DNA of 64,000 bases from Watersipora subatra (Eukaryota). This document shows, one piece after another, positions 49,423 through 62,992 of this stretch. The notes under the pieces were generated by a model. It saw only the letters and a list, made by a program, of their open reading frames with translations. It was not told the origin of the DNA and searched no databases. The number at the start of each line of letters is the position of its first letter. Position 1 is the stretch's first letter. The translations under genes were made by a program, and so were the position numbers. The stretch lies in NCBI RefSeq assembly GCF_963576615.1, contig NC_088717.1, forward strand, positions 58,018,749-58,082,748. Reading direction: 5' to 3'.

Positions 49423-49574
49423 ATTTCGGCACGGACACCGGGTACAACTATGTTAATCCACAAGAAAATCAGCCATGTTTTACAACCAGAGATGATGCCA
49501 ATGCATACAACTCAGCGTACCCCATGGCTGTCTATTATCCTGGACAAAAGGTTGTCGTTGCCCACCCTACCAAG
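49423..49574 (+). CDS. Novel secreted-protein gene exon 3. It encodes FGTDTGYNYVNPQENQPCFTTRDDANAYNSAYPMAVYYPGQKVVVAHPTK.
   Basis: The acceptor is tatgttacag| and the donor is AAG|GTAAAG. It is covered by no stop codons. A duplicated pseudo-donor follows at 49599..49626. Confidence 0.65.
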
Positions 49575-49789
49575 GTAAAGCCTTAGAGTGAATTCATCGC
49601 TCACCTTACCAAGGTATAGCCTTAGAGTTGGAAAAATATTATCACATTATATGTAAGTCTGTATCTTCTTGTGCGTGCAAATTAGAAAAAAATGATGTAC
49701 TTGCAGCATAGGGCAACTATGTTGCAAGTACATCATGTATCAAGTAACACGAGTCTTCACATGTAGTACTAAGGCTAAATTTATAACTC

Positions 49790-49925
49790 TAAAGCTATAG
49801 CTTTACAGCTATAGCTTGATAGCTATCAAGCTATAGCTTGATAGTTATAGCTTGATGGCTATAGCTTGATAGCTAAAGCTGATAGCTATAGCTATTGATA
49901 GCTATAGCTTGATAGCTATAGCTTG
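49790..49925. repeat. Simple repeat (AGCTATAGCTTGATAGCTAT-type), in an intron of the novel gene.
   Basis: Direct reading. Confidence 0.85.
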
Positions 49926-50246
49926 ATAGCTATAGCTGATCAAGCAAGCAATAACCATCCATAGCTTAAACAAATTCGTAATTATGTTTCAAGTTTTTAG
50001 CCAAGGTCTCATATGTGGAGACAACTTTTCTGTCTCTTCTTATTGACTGCGTGAGATAGAAAGATGTGACAGAACAATGACTCTGTATCACCTGTAGCTG
50101 CTCATATTTGTACCCGGTGATTATGGGCCTGTAAGAGTTGTGTCCCCTACTGAACTGAGTTCAGTAGGGGACACATCTTACAAACCTGTACCCAGAATTC
50201 TGTAAGCGCTGGTAAACAGGTCAGTACAACATGGTCTTTGTTGTAG

Positions 50247-50363
50247 AACCACGTTGCAGAGACTTGCACCAACCAATACATTCCTGATAATGGAAACTTT
50301 GTGTATAGGAGTGATGTGAATCCTGTGTCTGACCCAACCCTGAGTGCCTTCAAAAACAATGAA
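50247..50363 (+). CDS. Novel secreted-protein gene exon 4. It encodes NHVAETCTNQYIPDNGNFVYRSDVNPVSDPTLSAFKNNE.
   Basis: The acceptor is ctttgttgtag| and the donor is GAA|GTAAGT. It is 117 nt long, in phase 0. Confidence 0.6.
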
Positions 50364-50473
50364 GTAAGTGTAAACAATGACAGCTTGATAAACCATGTTG
50401 ACAATGCGTGATGGTTATGACATGTCGTACCATTCATCTATACTGTATGTGTAAATATGGCATTGCATGGCAG

Positions 50474-50633
50474 GTGGTTGATCTTGGAATTTCACCCTTC
50501 GGTCATGACAAAACTGTGGCTGATATAACAACCTACCCCAAACCTGGGTACCAGAATGCTCCAAAGTTCTGTGAGAACACGGACAAGGCCTTGGCCACGA
50601 GCGCCTTCTACATTCCTACTGACCTTCAATCTG
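50474..50633 (+). CDS. Novel secreted-protein gene exon 5. It encodes VVDLGISPFGHDKTVADITTYPKPGYQNAPKFCENTDKALATSAFYIPTDLQS(G).
   Basis: It is part of the ORF-track ORF 50408..50644. The acceptor is atggcag| and the donor is TCT G|GTAAGA. Confidence 0.7.
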
Positions 50634-51831
50634 GTAAGATATAGAGTAGAGAGGCTTGTCACAGGTTGACTGCAAGTTTTGTGCTGTCATAGCAAAATAA
50701 TTTTATCTTGAAAATCTGCCTTTAAAAGTATGATACAGTATATTATGAGTAGCTATGTAAAAACTATTTCAATGTATATGCTATTGGAATACTGAACTCA
50801 AAATTGTAACAACAGCAAATTCTATTAGACAGTACAAAAAAATAATAAAAATTTGAAGAAAATTATAAAAAACTTTAGTTTAAAACATATTTGCTCTACA
50901 TTTATAGTATGTTTCCATCAACATCTGTAGCAATTTTTATAGAAGTTGTCATACTTTTGCTTTCAGCCCAAAGCATCACAGCATTCATGATGCTTGACCT
51001 GTTTTATTTGCGTTTTAAGCAGCAGTTATCGTTTTATATTCCATATATAAAATTGAATAATAATAGAATGTCTTTAAGAGTTGTATTGTCAGCTGGTATC
51101 ACTGAAGATTAAATGCAATATATATATGTAGATAGGTATGTACTTTACTGTCACAGGTCAAGGCCGTTCAAAGTAAATTATACCATGAAAAAATAAAATA
51201 CATAATAGTAAAGTAAGTTTTTTTGTATTTGAAGAAAAATCTCTTTTTGCATAATACTGCTCTACAGTGTGGAATGGCAAGGAGTTGATTCCTGGTATGA
51301 GGTATAGTGAATTTTCTGAGGAAGTAGGAATGTAATAGATGGTCAGGCAGATTGCAGATGGGGTTTGAATATTTTTGACAGCAAATATCTGAAAACGCAG
51401 TCAGCTTATCAGCATTGTTAAGGATGTTTAGATGCTGATCATAACTGTCCATATCAAGGTAGCATAACTTTAAAAATAATTTTTGAAAGCGTTCTAATTT
51501 TTTTTTTATCAGTCTTCGATACAAAGAGATACCAACTTAAGGCAGCAGTAGCGCTGGTTCTGTACCATGACAGCCTAACTGCCTGGTTAGCACAATTGTT
51601 GTGAGCACCTGTAGCTACCTGCCAGAGTTATACATGGCAAGCCTAAGTAACTCGGAAGTAGCTATGCAGTATATGGTTTTGTTTCAAGTTTCTATTTCTA
51701 ACACACTAATTGAAAAGAAGTCAATGAATCAATGCTAACCTTGACTCATAGTGTCATGAATTTAAAAGTGAATGTAGAAGTACCGATAAGAAACTGATGT
51801 ATAGATATTTTATGTTTTTGGCATGTTACAG

Positions 51832-51978
51832 GAAGATACACCTTTCTCTGGTCTTGGAGTTTTAACAGTGTCAACCCATCAGACACGTACACAAGCTGTT
51901 GGGAGGCAGATGTTGTATCTACCAAATCTGAACGAGACAATATACTTTCCTCCAATGGGCTCTCAACCAACGACCCTG
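51832..51978 (+). CDS. Novel secreted-protein gene exon 6. It encodes (G)RYTFLWSWSFNSVNPSDTYTSCWEADVVSTKSERDNILSSNGLSTNDP(E).
   Basis: The acceptor is catgttacag| and the donor is CCT G|GTGAGA. It contains a conserved-looking aromatic block, YTFLWSWSF. Confidence 0.65.
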
Positions 51979-52852
51979 GTGAGAATTGGTGCATAACTTG
52001 GCATTCTTGCATAGCTTTAGAGATAATATAAAAGCTCTGCAACAAGACTCTATTCTCACTCTTCAGTGATCTTTCATTCAATACATTTGCATTGGCTACA
52101 TAATAATAAAATCATGAAATGGCATCATCTCGCATCATCGACCCCTTTCAGTAGGGAATATTTGCAAGTGGTTGCATAGTGGAGGAAACATACAGACAGT
52201 GAACTACGTATCCGGTCTTCAGCAAAACGATGTTAATATTTAGTGAGTTTTACAAATAGATAAAGGGACTTGTTGAAAACTTGCAGATTAAATGAATACT
52301 TAACAGTGTTTACGAGTTATCCCCACCTGAATATGCATATATAGTTTGACTAGATGATGGGTTTGATACAGAGGCTTGCATTAAAAATTATTAACATAGA
52401 GCAAGTTATGAAATTAAGAGTTTTTGCAACTGGTCATTTTAAACAACTATTGCATTTTTAGGCTGATTAAAATTAAAAATTACAATTAAAGAAATAGCTA
52501 GTTAGGTTTGACAGCTCCCTGTTGAATCAGCTTGGGTCCTTAAATAGTGTATCATTTCACTAAAATGGTCAGCCTGGCTGCATACTGGGATAACCAGGGT
52601 GCTGAACAGTAATGGCTACATACTGGGGATAACCAGGGTGCTGAACAGTAATGGCTACATACTGAGGATAATCAGGGTGCTGAACCGTAACGTCTTCTCA
52701 TCGATTAAAGAAGTAAAAATAAACACAACATATGTTAGACTGAGGACCAGTAAATATAGAGGTACTTAGCGGTGATGAATGTAGATATCTCATTGAGCCC
52801 TTATAGATACCCTGCCAAGATAGTAACATACGGTTTCACCGCTCCTTTTTAG

Positions 52853-53082
52853 AACTTTTGCATGGTGTCTCCCTCGCTCCATTGCCTCCTGGTGTCACTA
52901 CCACGCAATCACCTGTTACTACCAGCCAAGAAAGCAGCAGCCAAGCGAGTACCAGCCAAGCGAGTACCAGCCAAGGAACCAGCCAGGCAACTGTGTCTTC
53001 CAGTCAAGGAACTACTTCTACACCAACATCAGTGCCAGACACATTGCTCTGTCTGGATGCCTGCCTCCATGCATGCTACTAG
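52853..53082 (+). CDS. Novel secreted-protein gene last exon. It encodes (E)LLHGVSLAPLPPGVTTTQSPVTTSQESSSQASTSQASTSQGTSQATVSSSQGTTSTPTSVPDTLLCLDACLHACY*.
   Basis: It overlaps the ORF-track ORF 52858..53082. The acceptor is ctttttag|. A Ser/Thr/Gln-rich, mucin-like linker is followed by the short Cys-rich tail CLDACLHACY and a TAG stop at 53080..53082. Confidence 0.7.
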
Positions 53083-53261
53083 CTTCAACATAACTCTGAG
53101 GTTGCTTCTCAGCACAGTTTAGCTTAATCTAGCGATCTTCTTTATAGCAGAGTGATATTGGCCTTGGATTATTTAATAATATAAAATAATGAAAAAAACT
53201 CGTTATTTATTACTTTGTGAGGTTTTCATTTGGAAGTTTATGTATTAGTTTGCTTAAGAGT

Positions 53262-53580
53262 AGACAATGCTGAAGAGATCAAGTTTACTTACAAGTAGAC
53301 AATGCTGAAGAGATCAAGTTTACATACAAGTAGACCATGCTGAAAATAAAAAGTTTACTTATGAGTAGACAATGCTGAAGAGATCAAGTTTACGTACAAG
53401 TAGACCATGCTGAAGAGATCAAATTTACATACAAGTAGACAGTGCTGAAGAGATCAAGTTTGCATACAAGTAGACCATGCTGAAGATAAAAAATTTACTT
53501 ATGAGTAGACAATGCTGAAGAGATCAAGTTTACTTATGAGTAGATAATGTTGAAGGGATCAAGTTTGCTTATGAGGAGAA
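53262..53580. repeat. 35-bp minisatellite (GTTTACTTACAAGTAGACAATGCTGAAGAGATCAA) of about 9 units.
   Basis: Direct reading. It lies immediately 3' of the novel gene. Confidence 0.9.
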
Positions 53581-55487
53581 TGTACTGAATAATGACTTTG
53601 GGTGAAATGCTCTATGGACAATCCTGCATACCCGCAAGCTGCAGAGACGGTCAGCAGCTGGCAAGTATACCTATGTATATATATATATATACATGTATAT
53701 ATATATATATATCAAGAAAACATAAATACCGTAAATTCCAGCAAATAGGTCAAAAATTTGACACCAAATCTCAAGCTTACAAATCCATCTCCCGACTTAT
53801 ATGACTGTCATGCTTTTTGTGAAACCAATTCTAGCAAAATGCAACTTCAAAAAACCATTGCAAATCAAAATCACATGATATGACATAGGGTTTTGTTTAT
53901 AATATATGCAAAAACAAAAATTAGAATTTTTGAAAGAAAAATATTTGCGTCGTTTGCTCCGCCAGTTGCATTCTGATTGTTGCTTTAGTTTAGAACCATT
54001 TAATCTTCTTCTATCTTTTCAATACCTTCCACAGTGTTCGCTGACCTGAGCTCTTTTTCTGCACTGCTACACTAGTCGATATTAGCGTTCAAACAATTTT
54101 TAAACAGAGCAAAAAATGCGCGTTGCTTTTACGCATTGCTATTTGGAAAACTTTTCACAAAAATAACGATAAACTTTTAGCACAAGTTTATAGCTTAAAA
54201 CTAGTAGTACAGTTTCCATCGTAATTGTAAACCGTTTTTCACATACATCAAAGTATCAAAACCGCGTTAAACAATGAAGTACTATTAGCCTGATGCATTT
54301 GTTAATTATTTCCATGGCTTTGCATTCAAAGTTTTAAAGAAAAACATTTAAGCTTTGGAGTTAGAAAACAGACTTTAATACGAACAGAAACAAAGAAAGA
54401 ATTAATTGTTATTGATTAAAGTGAGGCATTATTAGAACAATTTTGTTGACACTTTTCTACTGATCACAAGATCAAAGAATGTCAAAGTGGCAATTAAATA
54501 GAAGTGGCGTTCAATTACAGGGTGCCACTCTATTTTTCAACCTTTTCATAGTGGCGGTCAAATAGAGTTGGTGTCAAATGAAGGTTTCATGGTATCTGTA
54601 CTTATATTTTTCAAGTTTGGTATTACTCTCTAGAGTCACCATAATTCTGTTTCTTGCTTCTGCACTCTTCAGGTGGTGGTGAATCATCAGACACTCGAAG
54701 AGTGTATATTGTCACGCCAACCATATCCAAAGTGGTGCACGAATACTAATGGCAATTACACAGATAATTTTCAAACTTTGACAAGCTTTCTGGCTTAGAT
54801 ATTATGTAAACACAAATGAAAAACACTGTGAATCCATTACCCTTTATTGGTTCGAATTCGTCACTATTTATTGGTCACTTTGGTAGAATACTGGAAAAAC
54901 ATATTTTTTGTATAACCATATAATTTTTTGTTTTGGTAGTTTTCCTCTTTTGAAAACACAACTCTTGAAAATAGAAAAAATAATCTCATTAAAAACATTG
55001 TCATCGTAAAGTGTTGACAGTCTCAGCTACTCAGTACTGTTTGGTCTAATTTTAGAGTATTCATGTGGTTTGCTGATACTGAACTGTCATCAGTGTATGT
55101 GAGGAACTGAAACATTGCAATACAATGTTGCTGAAAATGTCACACAATGAGAATATATTGCACTGGTACATTTTACAAACTTCTGATTTTTCCCACAAGT
55201 ATGAAATATAAGGAATTACTAGATAAATGCTCAGCGTTGCACGAGTAATAAAAAAGGTTTTTGTATAAAAGAATTATTTTTAATTGGATAAGTTTTTTAC
55301 CCAATAAAATTGAATAACTCCAATTTTTCTATTTATCTATTCTCTCGATATATATGAATTTCAGGGTTGGTTTGTCTTTTTGTTTGTCTTTTGCTTTCAT
55401 CCGTGTGTCCAGTTATAGCGATTAAAGTTTTGCAATAAAAAATCTGCTTTGCAGAGGATTTGAACTTGTGACATTCTAATCACAACT

Positions 55488-56990
55488 TCACAAACAAGCA
55501 CGTCCAACCACTAGGCTACAAACAAGCATGTCCAATCACTAAGCTACAAACAAGCATGTACAACCACTAGGCTACAAACAAGCAGGTCCAACCACTAGGC
55601 TACAAACAAGCACGTCCAACCACTAGGCTACAAACAAGCATGTCCAACCACTAGGATACAAACAAGCACGTCCAACCACTAGGCTACAAACAAGCACGTC
55701 CAACCACTAGGCTACAAACAAGCATGTCCAACCACTAGGATACAAACAAGCGCGTCCGATCACTAGGCTACAAACAAGCACATCCAACCACTAAGCTACA
55801 AACAAGCATGTCCAACCACTAGGCTACAAACAAGCACGTCCAACCACTAGGCTACAAACAAGCATGTCCAACCACTAGGCTACAAACAAGCACGTCCAAC
55901 CACTAGGATACAAACAAGCGCGTCCGATAACTAGGCTACAAACAAGCACGTCCAACCACTAAGCTACAAACAAGCTTGTCCAACCACTAGGCTACAAACA
56001 AGCATGTCCAACCACTAGGCTACAAACAAGCATGTCCAACCACTAAGCTACAAACAAGCATGTCCAACCACTAAGCTACAAACAAGCATGTCCAACCACT
56101 AGGCTACAAACAAGCGTGTCCAACCACTAGGCTACAAACAAGCGCGTCCAACCACTAGGCTACAAACAAGCAGGTCCAACCACTAGGCTACAAACAAGCA
56201 TGTCCAACCACTAGGCTACAAACAAGCACGTCCAACCACTAGGATACAAACAAGCGCGTCCGATAACTAGGCTACAAACAAGCACGTCCAACCACTAAGC
56301 TACAAACAAGCTTGTCCAACCACTAGGCTACAAACAAGCATGTCCAACCACTAGGCTACAAACAAGCATGTCCAACCACTAAGCTACAAACAAGCATGTC
56401 CAACCACTAAGCTACAAACAAGCATGTCCAACCACTAGGCTACAAACAAGCGTGTCCAACCACTAGGCTACAAACAAGCGCGTCCAACCACTAGGCTACA
56501 AACAAGCAGGTCCAACCACTAGGCTACAAACAAGCATGTCCAACCACTAGGATACAAACAAGCATGTCCAACCACTAGGCTACAAACAAGCACGTCCAAC
56601 CACTAGGTTACAAACAAGCACGTCCAACCACTAGGCTACAAACAAGCGTGTCCAACTACTAGGCTACAAACAAGCATGTCCAACCACTAGGCTACAAACA
56701 AGCATGTCCAACCACTAGGCTACAAACAAGCATGTCCAACCACTAGGCTACAAACAAGCATGTTCAACACCTAAGCTACAAACAAGCATGTCTAACCACT
56801 AGGCTACAAACAAGCACGTCCAACCACTAGGCTACAAACAAGCATGTCCAACCACTAGGCTACAAACAAGCACGTCCAACCACTAGGCTACAAACAAGCA
56901 CGTCCAACCCTCAGGCTACAAACAAGCACGTCCAACTACTAGGCTAAGCCATTCTCCTCAAGTTCACAAACAAGCACGTGCAACTACTAG
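55488..56990. repeat. 28-bp satellite (CCAACCACTAGGCTACAAACAAGCAYGT) of about 53 units (1.5 kb).
   Basis: Direct reading. R/Y variants at two positions (CACGT / CATGT / CGCGT) cycle through the array. Confidence 0.95.
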
Positions 56991-59825
56991 GCTAAGCCAT
57001 TTTCCAACATTCTTAGATACATGTATATCTATATCCTTTTTGAAATCGCACATGCTAAATATGCATTTGTTATTATTAATTAATATTACATTTTACTATT
57101 GTTGTTTTTAGAAACCTTTTAAAAGCTTATTTTTCCCCATTACCCATTACCTATTTTTTTAATTTTTAATTTTCAAATATGCCGTTTTGATTTCAAATGT
57201 GCAGTTACACTCCTATATCAGGTTTCAGTAAATCTGTAAAAACTAAATGCTTTTCATGTAGACAAATGTATTATCTGCAGTAAGAATTTCCTCTACATTC
57301 TCTCTCTGTTTGGTCAAACAAAATATCACACACAGTCTGATATCTCATTTTTGCGCTTGTACTAGTATTGAAAGGTATCAGTCTTGTCCATCAAAACTTT
57401 GAATCTAATGAGCTTTTGCTGCAACATTAAAATTTTTAATACACACAATTCCATGTACTGATTGGTTTTTTAAAAAATTTATTTAAACTGCACTAAAACA
57501 CCTTTTTTCATGATATCAAGTTTAAAAGTTAGAATGGTAAACGTTGTATATGTTAAATAAAAATAAGTTTTCTGCGCAAAAACCTTTTTTACCGGGTATA
57601 CAGCGGGCATTCCTCTAGTTTACTATAGTAAGAGCCATGTGCATTCTTCTGAAGCCAGCGTTAGAAAGAATGCTTGCGCCATGATCTTTCACACAATCAT
57701 GATCTTCAAGCATGCTAGCTCAAGAGTTTAACATGCTATTTCAACCACGGTATTAAAAATTGGCGGATGTAATGAGTATCATATACAGAAGTATGCCGCA
57801 GTATCACCAATTGGATGTGTAGTGTAATCGGATACTGCACCTGTGTGCAGAACTGGAAGCTTCAAATTCAGTTCCAGTTTTAAGTGGATTTTTCGTTCCT
57901 CTAACTTTATCGATATACCTGGACATACGAACAACAGACAAACACTGAGATTTGTGTATATAAATATTGTATCTAAACTGTATCGTAATATAAAATAATC
58001 AACCTCATCAGTAACATGTCTAAGTGTTATAGCGCTTCATTGACGGAATGGGGGGGCCAAGAAAATGGTGATGGACCAAGAAAGTGGTGAAAGATGGATG
58101 ATTGGGTAAAAGGACATATTTAACAAAGTATGACGAGATAAGCAAACATACTATCTAAAAGAGTTTGTTGAAAATTAAAGAATGTCTTCTTCACAGGTCT
58201 TTGATGGTATGTATTGGGTGCAAGAGCTCCCAACATGCGCAAAAAGCAGTACATTCCTTAAACGCCAATTTTGAGCAGGATAGGTTGGAGTTTGTTCCTC
58301 TCACTTTGCAAAGATCTCTGTGTCGCCACTTAGTAGACAAACACTTGTTTTTATCTCAATTTTTGAATTATTTCATATATATGGCTCTTGTCCATATTTT
58401 TATGAATAACAAACACATTTTAATAAACTAAGAAGCCCATCCTCACACTGATTACAGCAATAGCACCCTCTTCATTATACGTAATGTTCAAGTCAACACA
58501 AGAATCAACAACAGTTCATCACGAGAAGTTGGTATCTGTTGGTAGAAATACCATACTAAGACTTGATCACGTAGCCTGTTCTGTAACTTTTGAAAATAAG
58601 TAAAATTATAGGTCCACAGATAGATCAACAAACAGCTCTATGGAAAGTTGGACTGAATGTTTCACCCAAGTGTTAAGCTCTATTGTTGTTATGGCAACTA
58701 ATGTTTAAATAATAGTAATCTTATTATCCGCTACAAGCATCTTATCTGACACAATGAATACTGAAAGACTACTTCTAACTCCCAACCTGAGGGGGATATA
58801 TATAGATAGTCTAGCTGCTGCCAATTTAAAAAATTTAGCACCTTACAATTTCAAATTTGAAAAAGAATTTTGTTCTGTTATTAATTTATCATCTTTTACA
58901 TAAGGAGTCAGCTGACTTCCTTTCCAATACTCCCACTTCAATGCATAAAACATACTTTTTATTTTGTTAAAATAGTTCTATATCCTCTATACTATGCATG
59001 TTTGTCTTTAAAGAACCTAAAAGACAAACAAATTATTGGTAAAAGTTTCTACTTTGATCTTCTCCCATATTGGAATCAAGAGATGGGTTTTAAATTTCTA
59101 TTATTTGCTTCTGATGTAGTTTAGCAAAGATAGTAATTTACAGTTGATGAGGATCCACAAACTAAATAAAGATATCAACCACAGCTAACTATAAGTATGT
59201 TAGTTGTCTGCTCCTTCCTTCTCTATCCGCTGTTGTGTTGATGCTAATGATTATACTAACAGATTCATATTATGTTCCTTTATTGTACGCCAACCGTTGG
59301 ACGTAGTAGGAATTTGTTGAATTTTTAATTATTCTTTATACAAGGTAAAGTTAATTACAGTATACTCTTAGCCAATGAACTTGATGTTGAAAGTATTAGA
59401 CTGATTTTAATAAAATTAATGAGAAGTAAACAAAAACATAGAACTTTCTAGAATAAACAAGCTCTATATATAACAGGGGTAACAAGAATGCACAGGTTAT
59501 ATTTTAGGAATTCTACTCAAACTAGTGATGTCACAAAGTTTTTTGAGATTACGCATTGCTGCTACTTGTGCCAAGTACTGCATTACTCTCGGCCCTTCTT
59601 TCTAGCCTACCCACGGTTCAACGCTGTTTTTCCCACTGCATACTGCCTAACATAATCATATGTATTATCAAGTTACTCTATGAAGTAAACTGTTTGAAAT
59701 ATCTCGGATAACACACTCTTAACTCTTAACGATACTTACAAAAAGAATAAAAAATAATAGAGCTCAGTTAAGTTTGTTCGTAGTTTTTATGTAGGTTATA
59801 ATTATATCATTTTTAAATTACAGAG

Positions 59826-59893
59826 CGCAATGAGCACCCAGACATTGTGTCAATCATGTAATGACAGATGGTGCGAAACCACAAGTCTGCAAG
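59826..59893 (+). other. Candidate coding exon of an unidentified gene, (SA)MSTQTLCQSCNDRWCETTSLQGIVMGLN. It is flanked by a good acceptor (aattacag|) and donor (AAC|GTAAGT).
   Basis: The frame is open between consensus splice sites and an in-frame ATG is present. No homology is recognised. Any remainder of the gene would lie beyond the window. Confidence 0.25.
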
Positions 59894-60587
59894 GAATTGT
59901 GATGGGACTAAACGTAAGTGTTATTTATTTATGCTGTTACGCTGATGCTACTTGTAGTTTGTGACTAACTGGGATATATATTTGGTCTTGTCAGCTTATT
60001 AACCTGGGTAAAGCTAAGCTTTAGCAATGCCAATAAACAGAATTCACATTATGTTTAAAACAAAACACCAATGGCTTTTGTGAGGTACTTCTGACATATA
60101 TAATGTCTTTGTATCCTTCGTTTTAACTATTTTTATATAAGATAAAATATTCTTCAAGTAGTGTTCCTATAAGGTAGATAGATCAGAGCCTGACAATGTT
60201 GGATTCTGATATGCTTCCTTCTGATGCAGTGAACTTGGTATTCTGACCCGTCTTTTCTTCAGCAATAAAAACACACAAGTAATTTTAACGCTACTTTATT
60301 TTAATCTGGAACTCTTCTGACAGTCATGGCAAAAATCTTTCCGTTAACATCTCTACCAATTTTGATGCAATACTTTTATAATTTTATTTCACGATTTACA
60401 GCAAAATAATATTAAATACAAATTTTAAAGTAGAAGAGAGCTTGAATATTGTGTTACACGAAATAATAATCACCTGAAAAACTGTAGAGCAACGCTAACA
60501 CGCTATCACATCTTTTGATAGTTCAATTCGAACTGATAATAGGTGATGACCGCCAACTTTCAACCCCTTCTACTTTATCTTCTTTGT

Positions 60588-61215
60588 CACCATAGTCTCT
60601 ATCTACTTCACCACTAGCGGCAGGGCCAAGTGTCACCATAGTCTCTATCTACTTCACCACTAGCGGCAGGGCCAAGTGTCACCATAGTCTCTATCTACTT
60701 CACCACTAGCGGCAGGGCCAAGTGTCACCATAGTCTCTATCTACTTCACCACTAGTGGCAGGGCCAAGTGTCACCATAGTCTCTATCTACTTCACCACTA
60801 GCGGCAGGGCCAAGTGTCACCATAGTCTCTATCTACTTCACCACTAGCGGCAGGGCCAAGTGTCACCATAGTCTCTATCTACTTCACCACTAGCGGCAGG
60901 GACAAGTGTCACCATAGTCTCTATCTACTTCACCACTAGCGGCAGGGCCAAGTGTCACCATAGTCTCTATCTACTTCACCAGCAGCAGGGCCAAGTGTCA
61001 CCATAGTCTCTATCTACTTCACCACTAGCGGCAGGGCCAAGTGTCACCATAGTCTCTATCTACTTCACCAGCGGCAGGGCCAAGTGTCACCATAGTCTCT
61101 ATCTACTTCACCACTAGCGGCAGGGCCAAGTGTCACCATAGTCTCTATCTACTTCACCACTAGCGGCAGGGCCAAGTGTCACCATAGTCTCTATCTACTT
61201 CACCACTAGCGGCAG
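60588..61215. repeat. 46-bp minisatellite (GTCACCATAGTCTCTATCTACTTCACCACTAGCGGCAGGGCCAAGT) of about 13.5 units.
   Basis: Direct reading. Confidence 0.95.
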
Positions 61216-62439
61216 GGACAAGTACAATAAAAATATATCGTGGCTACACCAATGACCATAATTTTATCGCATATACCTTCTTTGCACGAGGGCCGATTCA
61301 ACTTGACTGTTCGTCTAACTTGTGACTTCCACAACTAGACTTATGGAATGAGATGACACAGACAAACATTATGACTAGAATGACAGATAATTATACTCAA
61401 ACTGATGCTACGATGACTGACAAGAATACTACAGACAGACTGACGGTGACGGACTGGGCCCTGCCGCTTTTTCATTTTTGTATTTTTCGTTTTTCAATTC
61501 GTTCCTCTAACAAATATATTCATTCTCTCCCTCACACCGACTTGAGCTTGTTTCTAACCTTTGTCCTTGTAGAATAGATTATAATAATGGTAATAACATA
61601 CCTTATTATTTCATTGTTTATTATTTCAACAACGAACGGGAAAAAATTATTTTAACGCATAGTTTGCTACGAATTGAACAAATAAATAAATACCTGTATA
61701 TGAAGCTACAACTTATTTTTAATGTGAAAGCCACTGATTGCACAAATATAGCTAACGAAAAGAAATAGCACTTGCTACAGCTAGTAAGCACAGCTATTGA
61801 AGCACCTTTAGAAGAACCGCCCAGCACTAATTTATATCAGTCTGTAGTTAACACAGTTTAGATTTATCAGTTAATGGAATGCAATATTCTCCTTCATAAC
61901 CTTGTAGAACCTTTTCTGTTGTTGTGATTAAGGCTGTACAATTACCATGGCTTAAACATTTTATACTAATAATATATTGCAAGCCAATAAAAATAAAACA
62001 TACAGAAATTTCAAAATTAGGACCTCAAGAAGTCTATAAAAGCTGAGCTGTAGTTCCATGTAGAAAGTGTCAGTTTTATAACAGTTTTATAACAGGGATA
62101 ACATGATACTGAAAGGAGGTAAGAACGGTTAAAATAAATAAGACTTCATCAAAAGAATGCTTATGTTACATGTATCAAAGTAGTTAGTCTTGAAGCAATA
62201 GATATTTCATCGCCACACGAAATATGCTTCAGTATTGTAAAATTTAGACTAATATCAAAACTTCAAGCAGACATAAATGTAGGTGATTAACTAACAGACC
62301 TGTAGGTGATTAACTAGCAGACCTGTAGGTGATTAACTAGCAGCTATGTACTCTTTATATACCTATAATAGAAGTACGTATATAAGTGTGTACTATGCGC
62401 ATTATAAGTACATTAAGTACATTATAAGTACTCCAAATA

Positions 62440-62992
62440 TATTATACTATATGTATATATATTTATTTATAAATAAATATATATATAATATATAAATATA
62501 TAGAACATATTTTTATAAATAACTAAATTTTTTCAGGAGTGCGGTTGTGACCGACTTGAAAACTTCTGTAATTTGGCCTTTCTTTTTTGACTATTTTCAG
62601 ATGGGTAAGTTTTAAGATACTGTCGACACTTTTCAAAGACTTGGTAATATATTTAAATAGTTGTATATGTGTTTTGTATCGTTATTATACTTAAATGACT
62701 CCACAGAAAAATTGTTAAATTCGTTGATGAGATTTCGGTACAAGGGTTTGCGACGTTGTTGATGAATAATTTTCGTGAGTTGTGTGCACATGCATTTATC
62801 ATAAAAACTCTCAAACATTCACTCCGCTCGTTTGGTCGTGGGACTATATGTATATATATTTATTTATAAATAAATATATATAATATGTGTATATAAATAT
62901 ATAGAACATATTTTTATAAATAACTAAATCTTCTCAGGAGTGCGGTTGTGACCGACTTGAAAACTTTTGTAATTTGACCTTTCTTTTTTGAA
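62440..62992. repeat. A ~150 bp segment is duplicated in direct orientation (62440..62590 and 62845..62992) around a ~250 bp unique core. This is either 1.4 copies of a ~400 bp tandem unit or a small element with terminal direct repeats.
   Basis: Both copies read tatatgtatatatatttatttataaataaatatatatataatat.tataaatatatagaacatatttttataaataactaaat.tt.tcaggagtgcggttgtgaccgacttgaaaactt.tgtaatttg.cctttcttttttga. Confidence 0.75.
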
